Shown: positions 29,988-39,845, numbered from the stretch's first letter. The stretch is DNA of 64,000 bases from Nitrosopumilus sp. (GCA_965205215.1 OZ242041.1:128001-192000); one strand, 5' to 3'. Notes: generated by a model not told the origin, from the sequence alone. Numbers and translations are program-made.

Positions 29988-31826
29988 GAGGTCGACGGCA
30001 AGGCAAACTTCCTATTGCGGAAGGAGGTCACGTTCGTGATACTCGGCTCGGTTGCGGGCGCGCTGGCCATGCACGTACCCGCCATCTTCTACAGCTCCTT
30101 TGAGGAACTGTCACACGAGATATTGTCGCAGGTGCTGCCGGCCGGAGAGTCGGACGGGCACGACGACGGGGCGGGATTCCTGCTGCACATCTTTGTGTCC
30201 ACCATCATAGGGGTCGTGGCAGGCGTGATACTGCACCGCGCGCTCAGGATGGACATCTCGCGCCCTTCAATGGGCCTGATCTTCGGTCTGCTCGCAGGAG
30301 GCACGGCATTCATCATATTTGCAATGCCCATGATATACCTGATAATGTCCCCGTCGCTTGCCGCCGACGCGCACGCGGAGCAGTTTGACTTTACCACAGT
30401 CGTACTCGAGTCGTTGGGCATACACCTGCTATGGGGCCTTATAATGGGATCCGTGACCTCCTTCCTAACGCGCAGGTTTGGCGCCAATTACATATGCCGC
30501 GAGTGCGATGTGGAGTTCTTCAACAGCGCAACGCGAAAGGCCCACATAGCGCACGTGCACGGGAAGGGCTCGAAGTCAATGAGGCGCGTGCTGATACTGG
30601 GCGGGGGGTACGCCGGCGTCGGGGTACTGAACCGCCTGCAAAAGAAGTTCCACGACGACATCGACGTGAGCATAGGCCTCGTAAGCGAGTCAAACTTTTT
30701 CCTGCACACGCCAATGCTGCCGGAGATGGCCACGGGCTCCATAGAACCGAGGCATATCGCGACGCCCATCAGGAAGTTCTGCCATAGGGCCCGATTCTAC
30801 CAAGCCCGCGTAACCGCGATAGACCTCAAGGGGAAACAGGTGACCATACGCCGGACCGATGCGGACAGCACGAGCGTGCTGCCGTACGACTATCTGGTCA
30901 TAGCGTCCGGAATGAAGGCCAACTTTTTTGGAAACGAAAGCGTCAAGCACAATGCGCTCAAGATCAGAAACCTGGAGGACGCCATCAAGATCAGAAACCA
31001 CGCCATCGGGGCTCTGGAGGGCGCCGACCTGGAGCAGGATCCGGCCGCCAAGGCCAAGCTTATGACCTTCGTGGTCGTGGGCGGGGGTTTTTCCGGCGTG
31101 GAGACGGTGGGCGAGCTGAACTCGTTCGTACGCGACTCGGTCAGAAAGTACTATCACAACATACCGCCATCGTCAATTAGGGTGATCCTGGTATCGTCAA
31201 GCAACATACTTCCGGAAGTGAGCGCCCTGAGCGCGCACGCCATGTCGGCGCTCACAAAGGCGGGCGTTACGATACACATCAACGTAAGGCTGACCGAGTA
31301 CACCGACGGCGTGGCGACCCTCAACGACGGGACCGTCATAGAGACCGAGACACTCATCTGGGCGGCCGGCGGCATGGTGGACGAGATCGTGGCGAAGCTG
31401 GACACCGAGCACCACAAGTCCGGGCGCGTCGTTGTAAACTCGCACCTGAGCCTGAAGAACAACCCGGACATCTTTGCGCTGGGCGACTGCGCATTCATCA
31501 CGGATCCGCGCGACGGGACGCCGTACCCGCCTACAGCCCAGCACGCAGCGCAGGAGGCAAAGGTCGTCGCCAACAACCTTGCAAACAGGATACGCGGCAT
31601 AGAGAAGCAGGACGAGTTTACATACGACGCGGACGGGTTCGTGGCCAAGATAGGGAGCATGGAGGGAGTGGCCCTGATGAAGGGAGTGAGAATGCACGGG
31701 CTTGCGGCGTGGTTTGTATGGAAGCACTACTACCTCTCAATGCTGCCAACCACCGAGAAGAAGGTGCGCGTCGGGTTCGACTGGCTGGTGGACCTGTTCT
31801 TTCCTCGCGACATATGCAAGACGTAG
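29952..31826 (+). CDS. membrane domain + C2H2 zinc finger + type II NAD(P)H:quinone oxidoreductase (NDH-2) fusion
   Basis: ~4 TM helices with intramembrane His; CRECDVEFFNSATRKAHIAHVH; GGGYAG (FAD), YDYLVIASG, GGGFSGVE, FALGDCA, AQHAAQ. Confidence 0.88.
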   Translation: MSDSVELSDSVEEVDGKANFLLRKEVTFVILGSVAGALAMHVPAIFYSSFEELSHEILSQVLPAGESDGHDDGAGFLLHIFVSTIIGVVAGVILHRALRMDISRPSMGLIFGLLAGGTAFIIFAMPMIYLIMSPSLAADAHAEQFDFTTVVLESLGIHLLWGLIMGSVTSFLTRRFGANYICRECDVEFFNSATRKAHIAHVHGKGSKSMRRVLILGGGYAGVGVLNRLQKKFHDDIDVSIGLVSESNFFLHTPMLPEMATGSIEPRHIATPIRKFCHRARFYQARVTAIDLKGKQVTIRRTDADSTSVLPYDYLVIASGMKANFFGNESVKHNALKIRNLEDAIKIRNHAIGALEGADLEQDPAAKAKLMTFVVVGGGFSGVETVGELNSFVRDSVRKYYHNIPPSSIRVILVSSSNILPEVSALSAHAMSALTKAGVTIHINVRLTEYTDGVATLNDGTVIETETLIWAAGGMVDEIVAKLDTEHHKSGRVVVNSHLSLKNNPDIFALGDCAFITDPRDGTPYPPTAQHAAQEAKVVANNLANRIRGIEKQDEFTYDADGFVAKIGSMEGVALMKGVRMHGLAAWFVWKHYYLSMLPTTEKKVRVGFDWLVDLFFPRDICKT

Positions 31827-32052
31827 GCGTGGCGTTGCTGCCGCAGTCCAGCAGCATTTGACGCCAAGCAGGTTCCCGCCCTCGCATCTTGTGCCCGGCC
31901 TGCTTGCCGGCAGGGGTTTGGGCCATGCGTGCGCACCCGCATCCCAGGATACACCGCCGGCAGGCACACCAATGCTGCTTGGCCCGTCTGCAGGCGCCCA
32001 TACTCCGGCCGGGACGCAGCAGGAACCTGCATCCGGGCCGCAAACCAGCCCT

Positions 32053-32119
32053 TGGCGCACACGTAAGATCGGATGCCAGATGCGGCAGGAGCGCCCCTGG
32101 CGCACACGTAAGATCGGAT
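32053..32119 (+). repeat. 22-bp direct repeat (45-bp period) upstream of amoB
   Basis: tggcgcacacgtaagatcggat at 32053-32074 and 32098-32119. Confidence 0.88.
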
Positions 32120-32228
32120 ACGGAGGACGCCGGATGGCAGGAAGGGGGCTGGCAGACGCCCTCGCTAGGCACAAGCCTCAGGAAAAACATATAACGGTAT
32201 GCTATTCCCCCATATAGCAAGGGATACT

Positions 32229-32798
32229 ATGTTCGAAAAGAAGATTTTCGTATTAGGACTGGCCGCAGTGCTTGCGCTGGGAACACTTGGCTTCGACTGG
32301 GTCGAGGCCGTCATTCCTACCGCAGAGGCGCACGGCGTCCAGGCACAACTCCAGAGCCGGTTCATCAGAATCGAGGATGAGACGTTCAACAGGCAGTCTC
32401 TACAGACTGGCGAGACCCTCACATTGACAGGAACACTGGTCAGTCTCGTGGAAAGGGATCTTAGAGGATGGCTGTCCATCTTCTCAGAGTCCACGAACGC
32501 CGGCAACAGATGGGAGATGCTAGCTAGGGATCCCCCGGGCAACGTCTTTGACATTCCTGGAAACAGCCAGATAGAGTATACGCTGTCTGCAAAGGCACTT
32601 GAGGCCGGAGTGTACCACGTGCACACGCAGCTCAACGTGGCCAGCGTCGGGCCAGGACTTGGTCCGGGCCAGACAGTGGTCGTGGAGGGCGACAACATAC
32701 TCAAGCCGATTCCATATGTGAACATCGCATACCAGTCTATCATTATAGGCGTCGGGTATGTGATTACGTTTGCCACGAGACCCTGGCAAGTGATCTAA
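32229..32798 (+). CDS. amoB: ammonia monooxygenase subunit B
   Basis: Signal peptide then AEAHGVQAQLQSRF...GVYHVHTQLNV...ATRPWQVI. Confidence 0.99.
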   Translation: MFEKKIFVLGLAAVLALGTLGFDWVEAVIPTAEAHGVQAQLQSRFIRIEDETFNRQSLQTGETLTLTGTLVSLVERDLRGWLSIFSESTNAGNRWEMLARDPPGNVFDIPGNSQIEYTLSAKALEAGVYHVHTQLNVASVGPGLGPGQTVVVEGDNILKPIPYVNIAYQSIIIGVGYVITFATRPWQVI

Positions 32799-32881
32799 CA
32801 CCCAAATCCCTTTTTCCTTTCATTTTATCTCAGAGCCGTCGGTTCCGCACGTTTATCTTGAGGAGGCTACATACGTGCGCG

Positions 32882-33217
32882 TTGCTGAACTTTAAGATAA
32901 TCAGGCTGGACATTGCTCAGAGCTATTTTACAGGAACGGTAGAATTCCGTTCAGACGCATACAAGGCAAACATCCAAGGCCAGAGGAGGGACAAGGTGCT
33001 GAGGCTTCCCTTCCAGCTGCCGGGATTCGGCGGCGGCGGGCCGGCAAGAATGCTGGTCAGGGTGTCGGGGCCGCGCGGACTCTACGTGGAGGACTGGCTT
33101 ATGTACGGCGGCAAGTCGGAGTGGCTTGAGATCGACTCGGACGCGATCACGTATTACCTGGCCGACCACCAAGACGAGCTTGACACGGTAGAGGTTGACT
33201 ACAACGGCGGCAAGTGA
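32882..33217 (+). CDS. conserved hypothetical protein downstream of amoB
   Basis: Protein-like ORF (FRSDAYK.NIQ, LVRVSGP, SEWLEIDSD); TTG start assumed. Confidence 0.7.
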   Translation: MLNFKIIRLDIAQSYFTGTVEFRSDAYKANIQGQRRDKVLRLPFQLPGFGGGGPARMLVRVSGPRGLYVEDWLMYGGKSEWLEIDSDAITYYLADHQDELDTVEVDYNGGK

Positions 33218-33497
33218 CGGCGGTGGCGTGGATGGTGGGGGTGGCAAACGCCCGGTCGCCGATACAGGCAGGCCGCGCAGCAGATGCGGCATCCTTGAAG
33301 CGACGCCGGGGGGGGGGACACGGCGGAGCCGCGCGCTCCCTCCTGCGCAACGCGCATGAACTATGGGCTTGGCATCCGGCAGGACGGATAGGCAGAGGCT
33401 GGTTCGGAAGAGAGGGGAGGGGCGGGGCGTACTGTCGCGCCACGGCATACTAAGCGTTTATGGAAAGGGATTTATCAACCGACGGCGGCGATCAATC

Positions 33498-34019
33498 ATG
33501 ATCTGGCCCGGCACCAGTGATCCGTACAAGCGCAAAAAGACGATACGCTTTCTGATAATTACGGCCATAATCGGGATATCGGTGGCGGCCGCCAGCGCCT
33601 CCATACAGTACGTGGTCAACGCGGACAACCCGCTCAAGGCCTGCATCAACGACCGCGTGACGCCCTACATGACCACCGCCACGCTCGAGCTGATAGTGGA
33701 CGGGATAGAGGCGGAGATTCCTGCCAACATCGGGAATACCGACGAGTGCCAGAGAACAATGTATACGCTGTCCGACGACGGAACGATATATGCAGAGTGG
33801 GAGGAGGAATATCCGTTTGAGATCGGCCACTTTTTGTGGATGTGGGACTTTCCACTCAGGGACATGGTACAGGACAAGTCAATGATATTTGTCGACGACC
33901 AGCCGTCACCGCACTTTACAAACCACCCGTTTACCGAAGGGGCCCACTACAAGGCCGTGTTTACGTCAAAGGACTACGACACGTCAAAGGACTCGGACTT
34001 TTTACCGCCGGGAAACTAG
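33498..34019 (+). CDS. membrane-anchored hypothetical protein
   Basis: KRKK then TM, IPANIG...C...YT.SDDGTIY motif. Confidence 0.72.
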   Translation: MIWPGTSDPYKRKKTIRFLIITAIIGISVAAASASIQYVVNADNPLKACINDRVTPYMTTATLELIVDGIEAEIPANIGNTDECQRTMYTLSDDGTIYAEWEEEYPFEIGHFLWMWDFPLRDMVQDKSMIFVDDQPSPHFTNHPFTEGAHYKAVFTSKDYDTSKDSDFLPPGN

Positions 34020-34167
34020 CGCGCGGCAGGACTGGCGCCGGTCACGGCGCATCTGCAGGCAGAGGCAGAATGCCAGTGCTTCCGACGGCGGCGGGGCGGC
34101 AGCATGCACCATGGCAGAAAGACAACAAAGGACTAAAAATAATCATAAAATATGGAAAGGCAGGCAC

Positions 34168-34437
34168 TTACCAGTACTTGCCGTTGTCTGGAATCAGACC
34201 TATACCTTCACGCTCAAAGTGCCTGTCCAGCTCGTCGACCCATTTCTCACGGTTGTCCTTGTAGGCCCATCCGTGAACACGCAACCAGAATGCAATGATT
34301 CCAAGGAGGAATATTGTGAACATCATGGTCCCGAAGATGTAAATCATTACATCAAAGAATAGCGGATCATAGTTTGGTCCCAGCTGTCCTGAGATAGAGG
34401 ATAGGATGCTTAGGAAGATTCCTACTATTGGTTCCAT
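34168..34437 (-). CDS. amoY: small membrane protein, probable AMO subunit Y
   Basis: Hydrophobic 89 aa, own TATA (~34461-34467), amo-like composition; position between amoB region and amoZ/rps15; naming from recalled synteny. Confidence 0.65.
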   Translation of the reverse strand: MEPIVGIFLSILSSISGQLGPNYDPLFFDVMIYIFGTMMFTIFLLGIIAFWLRVHGWAYKDNREKWVDELDRHFEREGIGLIPDNGKYW

Positions 34438-34637
34438 AAAGAATCTGAACTATGTGTATGTTATATACATTTCTGTTCTTTGCTGCGGGCCGAACCGCAC
34501 GATCCGGCCAGGCGCAGGTGCCAGGCGCAGATGAGGGGTGAACGGGATCGATCGGGGCGATCGCACCGCCACGGCAGCCACGATAGCCGTGTACAGCATA
34601 CGCTAGGCGTCAATAATAAAAGAGAGAGCCAGAGGTC

Positions 34638-34970
34638 TTATCCCCGGCCCATTGCTGCGTATTTGCCAGAACGGCCCCTCAAGAAGAAGGCGCCTGCTAT
34701 ACCGCCAAAGACGGCGCCCGCTATAACGGACGCGCCCACGACGCCATCGGCGTCAAGGTATGGAGTTCCCGATCCGGATGCAGGATTGGCTTCCGCCGTC
34801 TCGATTCTCCTTCTCTGAATCTCCAATATCTCTTCGAGCGTATGAGCACCGGTCTCTCCGGCACCGCCGACATTGCCCATATACTGGGCAAATGCGATCG
34901 ATGCGGCGCCCATGGCACCAAAGAAAAAGACCGACAGCATGGTTGCTGTTAGTAGTACTTTCGTGTTCAT
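34638..34970 (-). CDS. amoZ: probable AMO subunit Z (intact copy)
   Basis: Signal peptide AFAQY, helical ectodomain, PASGSGTPYL, C-terminal TM, GRSGKYAAMGRG; next to rps15; TATA at 35003-35010. Confidence 0.7.
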   Translation of the reverse strand: MNTKVLLTATMLSVFFFGAMGAASIAFAQYMGNVGGAGETGAHTLEEILEIQRRRIETAEANPASGSGTPYLDADGVVGASVIAGAVFGGIAGAFFLRGRSGKYAAMGRG

Positions 34971-35128
34971 AGCGTTTACCTACGGTGATTGTGATTATTA
35001 GTTATTTAAAACTTTATTCCGCACGGTGCCTGACGCAGGCGGGGCGGCGCCAACCCGTGGCGCCGTGCGGACCGGCCTGAAGGCGTACAGGGCGTGCGCT
35101 AGGCGTCACATAGCAAGACACGTGGGTC

Positions 35129-35452
35129 TCATCCACTGCCCATCGCCGCGTATTTGCCGGAACGGCCCCTCAGGAAGAAGGCGCCCGCTATGACGGACGC
35201 ACCCACGACGCCATCGGCGTCAAGGTATGGAGTTCCCGATCCGGATGCGGGATTGGCCTCTGAGGGCCCGATCCTCTCCCGAACCTCGATCAACGGTTCC
35301 TCGATCAACGGTTCCTCAAGCGTAGGAGGGATGGGATCTCCGTCACTGTCGACGTTGCCCACATACTGGGCAGGTGCGATCGACGCGGCGCACACGGCGG
35401 CAAAGAGAAAGACCAACAGCACGGTTGCCGCCAGTAGCACCTTTGTGTCCAT
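35129..35452 (-). CDS. amoZ: diverged tandem duplicate of probable amoZ (possibly decaying)
   Basis: Clear paralog of 34638-34970 with EEPLI duplication and 8-aa deletion in the TM helix. Confidence 0.7.
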   Translation of the reverse strand: MDTKVLLAATVLLVFLFAAVCAASIAPAQYVGNVDSDGDPIPPTLEEPLIEEPLIEVRERIGPSEANPASGSGTPYLDADGVVGASVIAGAFFLRGRSGKYAAMGSG

Positions 35453-35601
35453 GGCATTTGCCTACACTAGTAGGGGTTGATGCCTCCTAAACCCCATCCG
35501 TACGGCGGTCAGATCTCAAACCACGCACGCAGGCGCAACCGCACCCAACGCGAAAGCAGTGGTTGGTAAGGTTTAATTTGACACCGCAGTTGGCAGGGGG
35601 C

Positions 35602-36051
35602 ATGGGCCGAATGCACACGCACAGGCATGGCAAGTCACATTCCATCAGGCCGCACGTACTGACAAAGCCCGAATGGGTAAAGCAGTCGGCAGACGAGATA
35701 GAGAAGACGGTAGTCAAGTACTCAAAGGACGGCATGACCCCGAGCCAGATAGGCATAAAGCTCAGGGATCAACATGCCATCCCGCTTGTCAAGGTGGTGG
35801 TGGACAAGACGATGGGAAGAATACTGGAGGAGAACGGCCTCAGGCCCGACATGCCGGAGGATCTTGAGAACATGGTAAGGAAGGCAATTGGCCTGCAAAA
35901 GCACCTCAAGGAGAACCACGGCGACCGCAGAAACATCAGGTCGCTTGAGCTCATCGAGGCAAAGGTGCACCGGCTGTCCGTATACTACAAGAAGATAGGG
36001 CGGATACCCAGAACTTGGAAATATAAATCAGTCGTGGCCCAACTCGAGTGA
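35602..36051 (+). CDS. rps15: 30S ribosomal protein S15
   Basis: MGRMHTHRHGKSHS, PSQIGIKLRDQ, LELIEAKVHRL..YYK. Confidence 0.96.
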   Translation: MGRMHTHRHGKSHSIRPHVLTKPEWVKQSADEIEKTVVKYSKDGMTPSQIGIKLRDQHAIPLVKVVVDKTMGRILEENGLRPDMPEDLENMVRKAIGLQKHLKENHGDRRNIRSLELIEAKVHRLSVYYKKIGRIPRTWKYKSVVAQLE

Positions 36052-37544
36052 TGCCCCCCTCCACGCCACAATCGCCAGCAGAGACGCGGACCGAACCTGA
36101 CACCTCGATTGACGCGTCGATGAGGGCGCTCCGTGACAGGATAAACGACTGCATAAAGTCAGACGGCAGCATCCAGGTCCTGACCCACATAGACTGCGAC
36201 GGCCTCACGTCGGGCGGCATCATGACAAAGGCCCTGATCAGGGCCGGAGCCAGGTGCGCGCTGAGTACCTCAAAGGAGTTTAGCGACGCCGCGATAGGGC
36301 GACTCAAGTCCGGGGAGCACGACCTCTGCATAATAACGGACCTGGGCGGGGGGTTTGCGTCAAAGCTGAACAAGTCGCTCGGGGCCGGCAAGTGGGCAAT
36401 ACTCGACCACCACCAGATACCGGAGGAGGAGAACGGCGAGGAGGGCGTGATAAACGCGTGGAAGTACGGGATCGACGGCGGCAGGGAGATATCAGCAGGC
36501 GGCATGGCGTACCTGGCGTCAGTCGCGCTCGACGACGACAACTCGGATCTCTCCACGATGGCAGTGGTCGCCGCCCTAGGCGACAGGCAGGACCAGGGCG
36601 AACGGAGGTCGTTTGTGGGAAAGAACTTTGAGATTGCAGAAACTGCAAAGGGGCTGGGAATGCTCGACGTGGACATGGACCTGCTGCTGTTTGGGAGGGA
36701 GACAAAGCCGCTTGCCGACGCGCTGGCCTACACGTCGCAGCCGTACATCGACGGGCTCACGTGGAACCGCGACACCTGCTACTCCCTTCTGACGTCGTCG
36801 GATGTAAGGCTGAAGGAGGGGGGACGGTGGCGCGTGCCGGCGGAGCTTGACGAGGACGAGAAGAAGCGCGTGATCGAGTCCATCGCGCAGTTTGCGTCGG
36901 GGGAGGGAGGGGCCACGGAGATAATGTCGGAGCTCATCGGGTACACGTACACGTTCCCAAAGGAGGACGGGCGCGGATTCCTGAGGGATGCAAGGGAGTT
37001 TTCCACCATGCTCAACTCGTGCGGAAGGATAAGCAGGGCCGGAATCGGGATCGCGATATGCATGGGAGACCGCAGCAGGAGCCTGCTGGAGGGCGAGTCC
37101 ATACTGAAGGACTACAGGGGCAGGATAAGGAACTGCATCAACATACTGACAAACGAGAGGTGGCGCATGTCGGCAATGCCTGACAAGCCGTACATCACGG
37201 TCAACGCCCAGGACGTGGTGCAGGAGACTATGTCGGGGACCATATCATCCATCATGGCCGGGTCCCCCAAGTACTCGGGCAAGATCGTGGTACTGTGGAC
37301 AAAGGCAGAGGAAGAGTCCATGATAAAGTTCTCTGCGCGCCGCGCCCAGGGCGCGGCAGGCGGGGGCGCCTCCAATGCGGTCAATCTGGGCGATCTGATG
37401 GGCGCCTCGGCGGCCGCGTGCGGCGGGGTGGGCGGCGGGCACAGCGCTGCGGCGGGCGCCAAGATAACTAAAGACAAATTGGATGATTTCCTGAAGGTTC
37501 TAGATGAGAATGTCCCTAAGATGCGCAGTACGGGTGAGGATTAG
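36048..37544 (+). CDS. RecJ-like DHH/DHHA1 phosphoesterase
   Basis: HIDCDG, TDLG, LDHH, GGGHSAAAGA. Confidence 0.9.
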   Translation: MMPPSTPQSPAETRTEPDTSIDASMRALRDRINDCIKSDGSIQVLTHIDCDGLTSGGIMTKALIRAGARCALSTSKEFSDAAIGRLKSGEHDLCIITDLGGGFASKLNKSLGAGKWAILDHHQIPEEENGEEGVINAWKYGIDGGREISAGGMAYLASVALDDDNSDLSTMAVVAALGDRQDQGERRSFVGKNFEIAETAKGLGMLDVDMDLLLFGRETKPLADALAYTSQPYIDGLTWNRDTCYSLLTSSDVRLKEGGRWRVPAELDEDEKKRVIESIAQFASGEGGATEIMSELIGYTYTFPKEDGRGFLRDAREFSTMLNSCGRISRAGIGIAICMGDRSRSLLEGESILKDYRGRIRNCINILTNERWRMSAMPDKPYITVNAQDVVQETMSGTISSIMAGSPKYSGKIVVLWTKAEEESMIKFSARRAQGAAGGGASNAVNLGDLMGASAAACGGVGGGHSAAAGAKITKDKLDDFLKVLDENVPKMRSTGED

Positions 37545-37797
37545 CGATCTGTCAGAGTCGCAGGCCGGATCGGTCATAGCCGCGCTGGAGCCGGACAACG
37601 CCGGGATGCCGGAGGGCCTCGGCGTTGTGGCAAGGTACGATAAAGAGGGGGGCGGGGCGGGAAGGACCCTGACGCTGGAGTTTGAAGGCGTGGAGGACGG
37701 CGAGCGCGCTGCGCACGCCATGGGCAGCCTAGTCGGTACCGTCGACGAGGTGCTGGAGCACGTGCAGGTCGCGCTAAAGGTGATGGACAATGCTTGA
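37504..37797 (+). CDS. pcc1: KEOPS complex subunit Pcc1-like
   Basis: ALEPDN motif, small size, rps15-DHH-pcc1-serS-rps3ae order. Confidence 0.72.
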   Translation: MRMSLRCAVRVRISDLSESQAGSVIAALEPDNAGMPEGLGVVARYDKEGGGAGRTLTLEFEGVEDGERAAHAMGSLVGTVDEVLEHVQVALKVMDNA

Positions 37798-39070
37798 CCC
37801 GGACGCGATAAAGGACCGCACCGAGGAGGTGAGTAAAATGCTCAAGGCCCGCTCCGTCCAATACGACCTCGACGCGCTGGTCGCCCTGGACGCGGAGAGG
37901 AGGAGGACCATAATCGCAGCAGACGAGCTGCGCGCAAAAAGGAACAGGATGGGCGTCGACATATCGCAGGCAAAAAAGAGGGGCGAGGACGCGTCACGCA
38001 TCATATCGCAGATGGGCAGAATGTCCTCCGACCTTGACAGCGCGATCGCCAAGTGTGACGAGGCAGAGTCGGCATACCGCAGGATGGCAAGGGCCATACC
38101 AAACATGATAGACAGCAGCGTGCCGGTGGGCCCCGACGATTCTGCAAACGTACAGGTCAGGACGTGGGGCGACGCTACGCGCCTCCGGAGGGGCGGCGGC
38201 GGGTACGAGCCAAAAAACCACGTCGACATCGCAGAGGGACTGGACCTCATAGACCTGAAGAGGGCCGCCAAGGCGGCGGGCGCTAGGTTCTACTACCTAA
38301 AGGGCGACCTGGCGCGCCTGAACTACGCCCTGATACGGCTTGCGCTCGACTATCTCGCAGAGAGGGAGTACGTGGCAGTCCAGCCTCCATACATGATAAA
38401 CCGCGACTCGATGGAGGGGGCCGTGATTGCAGACGACTTTGAGGACGTGATATACAAGATAGACGGCGAGGACCTGTACATGATAGGGACGTCGGAGCAC
38501 GCGATCGCCGCGATGCACGCAGACGAGATACTGGACGGCACGACGCTTCCGATAAGGTACGCGGGGGTCAGTCCGTGCTTTAGAAAGGAGGCGGGATCCC
38601 ACGGGCGCGACCAGAAGGGGATATTCCGGGTGCACCAGTTCGAGAAGATAGAACAGTTCGTGTTTGCCAGGCCCGAGGATTCGTGGGCCGAGCACGAGAG
38701 GATGCTGCAGACCGCAGAGGGGTTCTACAAGAAGCTGGGCATCCCGCACCGCACCATGCTGCTGTCCTCCGGGGACATGGGCAAGACGTCTGCAAAGACC
38801 TACGACATAGAGGCTTGGATGGCGGGCCAGCACGCATACAGGGAGATCGTCTCGTGCTCCAACTGCCTCGAGTACCAGGCAAGGAGGCTCAAGATAAGGT
38901 TCAGGGACCGCACCAACGACGCCACCACGTACGTCCACACGTTGAACAGCACGCTCGTGGCGACCACCAGGGTGCTGGTGGCCATAATGGAGGACTTTCA
39001 GACCGCGGACGGGCACGTTACGGTGCCCGACGCGCTGGTCCCGTACATGGGCGGGCAGAAGGAGATCTAG
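37790..39070 (+). CDS. serS: serine--tRNA ligase
   Basis: GTSEH, FRKEAG, RVHQFEKIEQF, EIVSCSNC, HTLNST. Confidence 0.97.
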   Translation: MLDPDAIKDRTEEVSKMLKARSVQYDLDALVALDAERRRTIIAADELRAKRNRMGVDISQAKKRGEDASRIISQMGRMSSDLDSAIAKCDEAESAYRRMARAIPNMIDSSVPVGPDDSANVQVRTWGDATRLRRGGGGYEPKNHVDIAEGLDLIDLKRAAKAAGARFYYLKGDLARLNYALIRLALDYLAEREYVAVQPPYMINRDSMEGAVIADDFEDVIYKIDGEDLYMIGTSEHAIAAMHADEILDGTTLPIRYAGVSPCFRKEAGSHGRDQKGIFRVHQFEKIEQFVFARPEDSWAEHERMLQTAEGFYKKLGIPHRTMLLSSGDMGKTSAKTYDIEAWMAGQHAYREIVSCSNCLEYQARRLKIRFRDRTNDATTYVHTLNSTLVATTRVLVAIMEDFQTADGHVTVPDALVPYMGGQKEI

Positions 39071-39233
39071 GGGCGGCCGTAGCGCCTGCCTGTCCGGCAG
39101 GTTCCGGCGTCAGAATGCAGGATGCGGTCCCGGGCTACTTGGCATGCATGCAGGATCCGGCGCGCGGCCGTCCGGCTGGGGGCCGGCGGCCCGCTTGATT
39201 ACCCTTATATTTTAGCCTCGGGGGCTAGAATAA

Positions 39234-39845
39234 TTGGCACGCCGGAAGGGTAGGGTAAAGGACAAGTGGCGCGAAAAGCGCTGGGTTACAGTGCACGCCC
39301 CCCAGTCGTTTAACAGCGTCCAGATAGGGTACATACCGATTACAGACGACGAGACGGCGATAGGCCGCGTCATGGAGGTTACGCTGCACGACATACTCAA
39401 GGGGGACGCCTCGCAGTACCAGTACAAGATGTACTTTCAGATATCCAAGGTGGACGGCGACAAGGCGCACACAATATTCAAGAGGTTCGAGTATTCCAAA
39501 GAGTTCCTGAGAAGCCTGGTCAGGAGGGGCTCCTCTAAGATCAACCTCACGACTGACATCAAGACAAGCGACGGGTACATCTTTCGCATAAAGATCATCG
39601 CCCTTACCCACAGGCAGCTGAACACCTCGCGGCAGCACGCGCTCAGGCTTATTGCGCAGGACATAATCAACAAGACCGTCCCGGATATGACCATAGAGCA
39701 GTTCGTGCAGGCCACCTGTTACAGCAAGATCAACTCGGACATCATGGCCGCGTTCAAAAAGGTGATCAGGGTGAGGCACGTCGGGCTTGAAAAGGTAAAG
39801 CTGATCCGGACCGCAGAAAAGGAGACCGTCCTGCTGCAGGCATGA
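39234..39845 (+). CDS. rps3ae: 30S ribosomal protein S3Ae
   Basis: VKDKWREKRW.TV.AP, GRVMEVTL.D, RSLVRRGSSKI. Confidence 0.95.
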   Translation: MARRKGRVKDKWREKRWVTVHAPQSFNSVQIGYIPITDDETAIGRVMEVTLHDILKGDASQYQYKMYFQISKVDGDKAHTIFKRFEYSKEFLRSLVRRGSSKINLTTDIKTSDGYIFRIKIIALTHRQLNTSRQHALRLIAQDIINKTVPDMTIEQFVQATCYSKINSDIMAAFKKVIRVRHVGLEKVKLIRTAEKETVLLQA

